Below, piece after piece: positions 63,043 to 64,000 of a stretch of 64,000 nt of DNA. Location of the stretch: contig JBFLGF010000120.1 in the NCBI GenBank assembly GCA_050230475.1, forward strand, positions 1-64,000, read 5' to 3'. Source of the stretch: Ancylonema sp. (taxonomy: Eukaryota). Positions within the stretch are counted from its first letter, which is position 1, and each line of letters starts with the position of its first letter. The notes under the pieces are model-generated. The model was given only the letters and a program-made list of their open reading frames with translations, did not search any database and was not told the DNA's origin. The position numbers and the translations under genes are program-made.

Positions 63043-64000
63043 ATTAAAACCCAAACCATTTCATGGTGTCTTTAGAGACAAAATTTTAGAATGTTTCACA
63101 TTTAAATCTGAACATCAATATTAAAAAAAAATCAGTATTTCACTACATGGGTCTATAGGTGAGAGAAGTTTTCTCAACTAAATATCATATCCTTCCAAAA
63201 ATAGTCGATTTACATATAATCTCAAACTCCATGCATGAAAACATGATGCGACATCCTTCACTTGAGCCAAATGTATTTTTATAGTACAAACTCTACACAC
63301 TTTTGGAAAGGCAAAGTAGCCACCATATCATCATGAGATGATGCACATAAGTAATTATTTAGAATTGTAAATAAAAGTCTGGGTGACTACCATTCCCTCT
63401 TCTTATTGGTCACCATTTTCAGGTCGAAATAGAAGAGCTTTTCAAAATCGACAAAGCAATGCTATTGTACTGACCATACCCATAATTCTAACTCACCGAC
63501 CAAGAAAAGTATGGTAAGGCAACCATGGACTCGTTATATCCTTTTCAACAACATGTTCATCGGATGGTGGATATGTATGCGACCATCGAAACCACATTTT
63601 TGAACAACATGCACCTTTCGATCAATGGACGGTTGGATAAGAACACTCATTTTTTTACACCAAAATTTTCCGCGGGGAAAATTTGAAGAGCCAAACAAAC
63701 CCCGGTTCAATCTGGTCCCGACTCTAGCCACGGTCCGCCCGCGGTGCGAAGAGATAAAAACGCCTGTCCGTGCAACTATGTATGATTCGAATTTTTTTTT
63801 CGTCGTTTTGAATTATTTTTTTGCGCCAAGAGGCTCTAGTCTACCAGTGTGGTCAAAATACCGTAGTGGCCATACATAATGACCCGGGAAATCCTTTATC
63901 TCAAATTTATTCGCCGTTCATCCGTTCATTTTACACTAAAAAATCAGTTCATTTTTTTCATTTCAAATTTGTCTGCCGTTCATTCGTTCACTTTACACCC

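Overview
Eukaryotic, intron-rich green-plant DNA. The protein families and their divergence suggest a streptophyte alga or other non-seed plant, but the species cannot be fixed from sequence alone. Seven spliced protein genes could be reconstructed exon by exon. In order they are: a secreted acid-lipase-family protein whose nucleophile Ser is replaced by Asp; a P-type PPR protein; a SERK/LRR-II receptor kinase; peroxisomal SCP2; a GH26 glycoside hydrolase that lacks a conserved segment; an eIF4A-like protein with only the helicase C-terminal domain; and a DUF3475+DUF668 (PSI-family) protein. That last protein carries a ~700-aa disordered tail with 19 copies of the kinase-consensus motif LRRMDS[QLM]GR. 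Intergenic DNA is dense with non-autonomous DNA transposons (hAT-type with 8-bp TSDs, Tc1/mariner-pogo-type with TA TSDs, one Harbinger-like). It also holds two nested, decayed Copia LTR retroelements, one with a half-tRNA(iMet) primer site. Three frameshifts fall in long C/G homopolymers and are probably base-calling errors. No rRNA, tRNA or CRISPR array was found. All gene models are manual predictions, and family assignments come from recalled motifs, not database searches.
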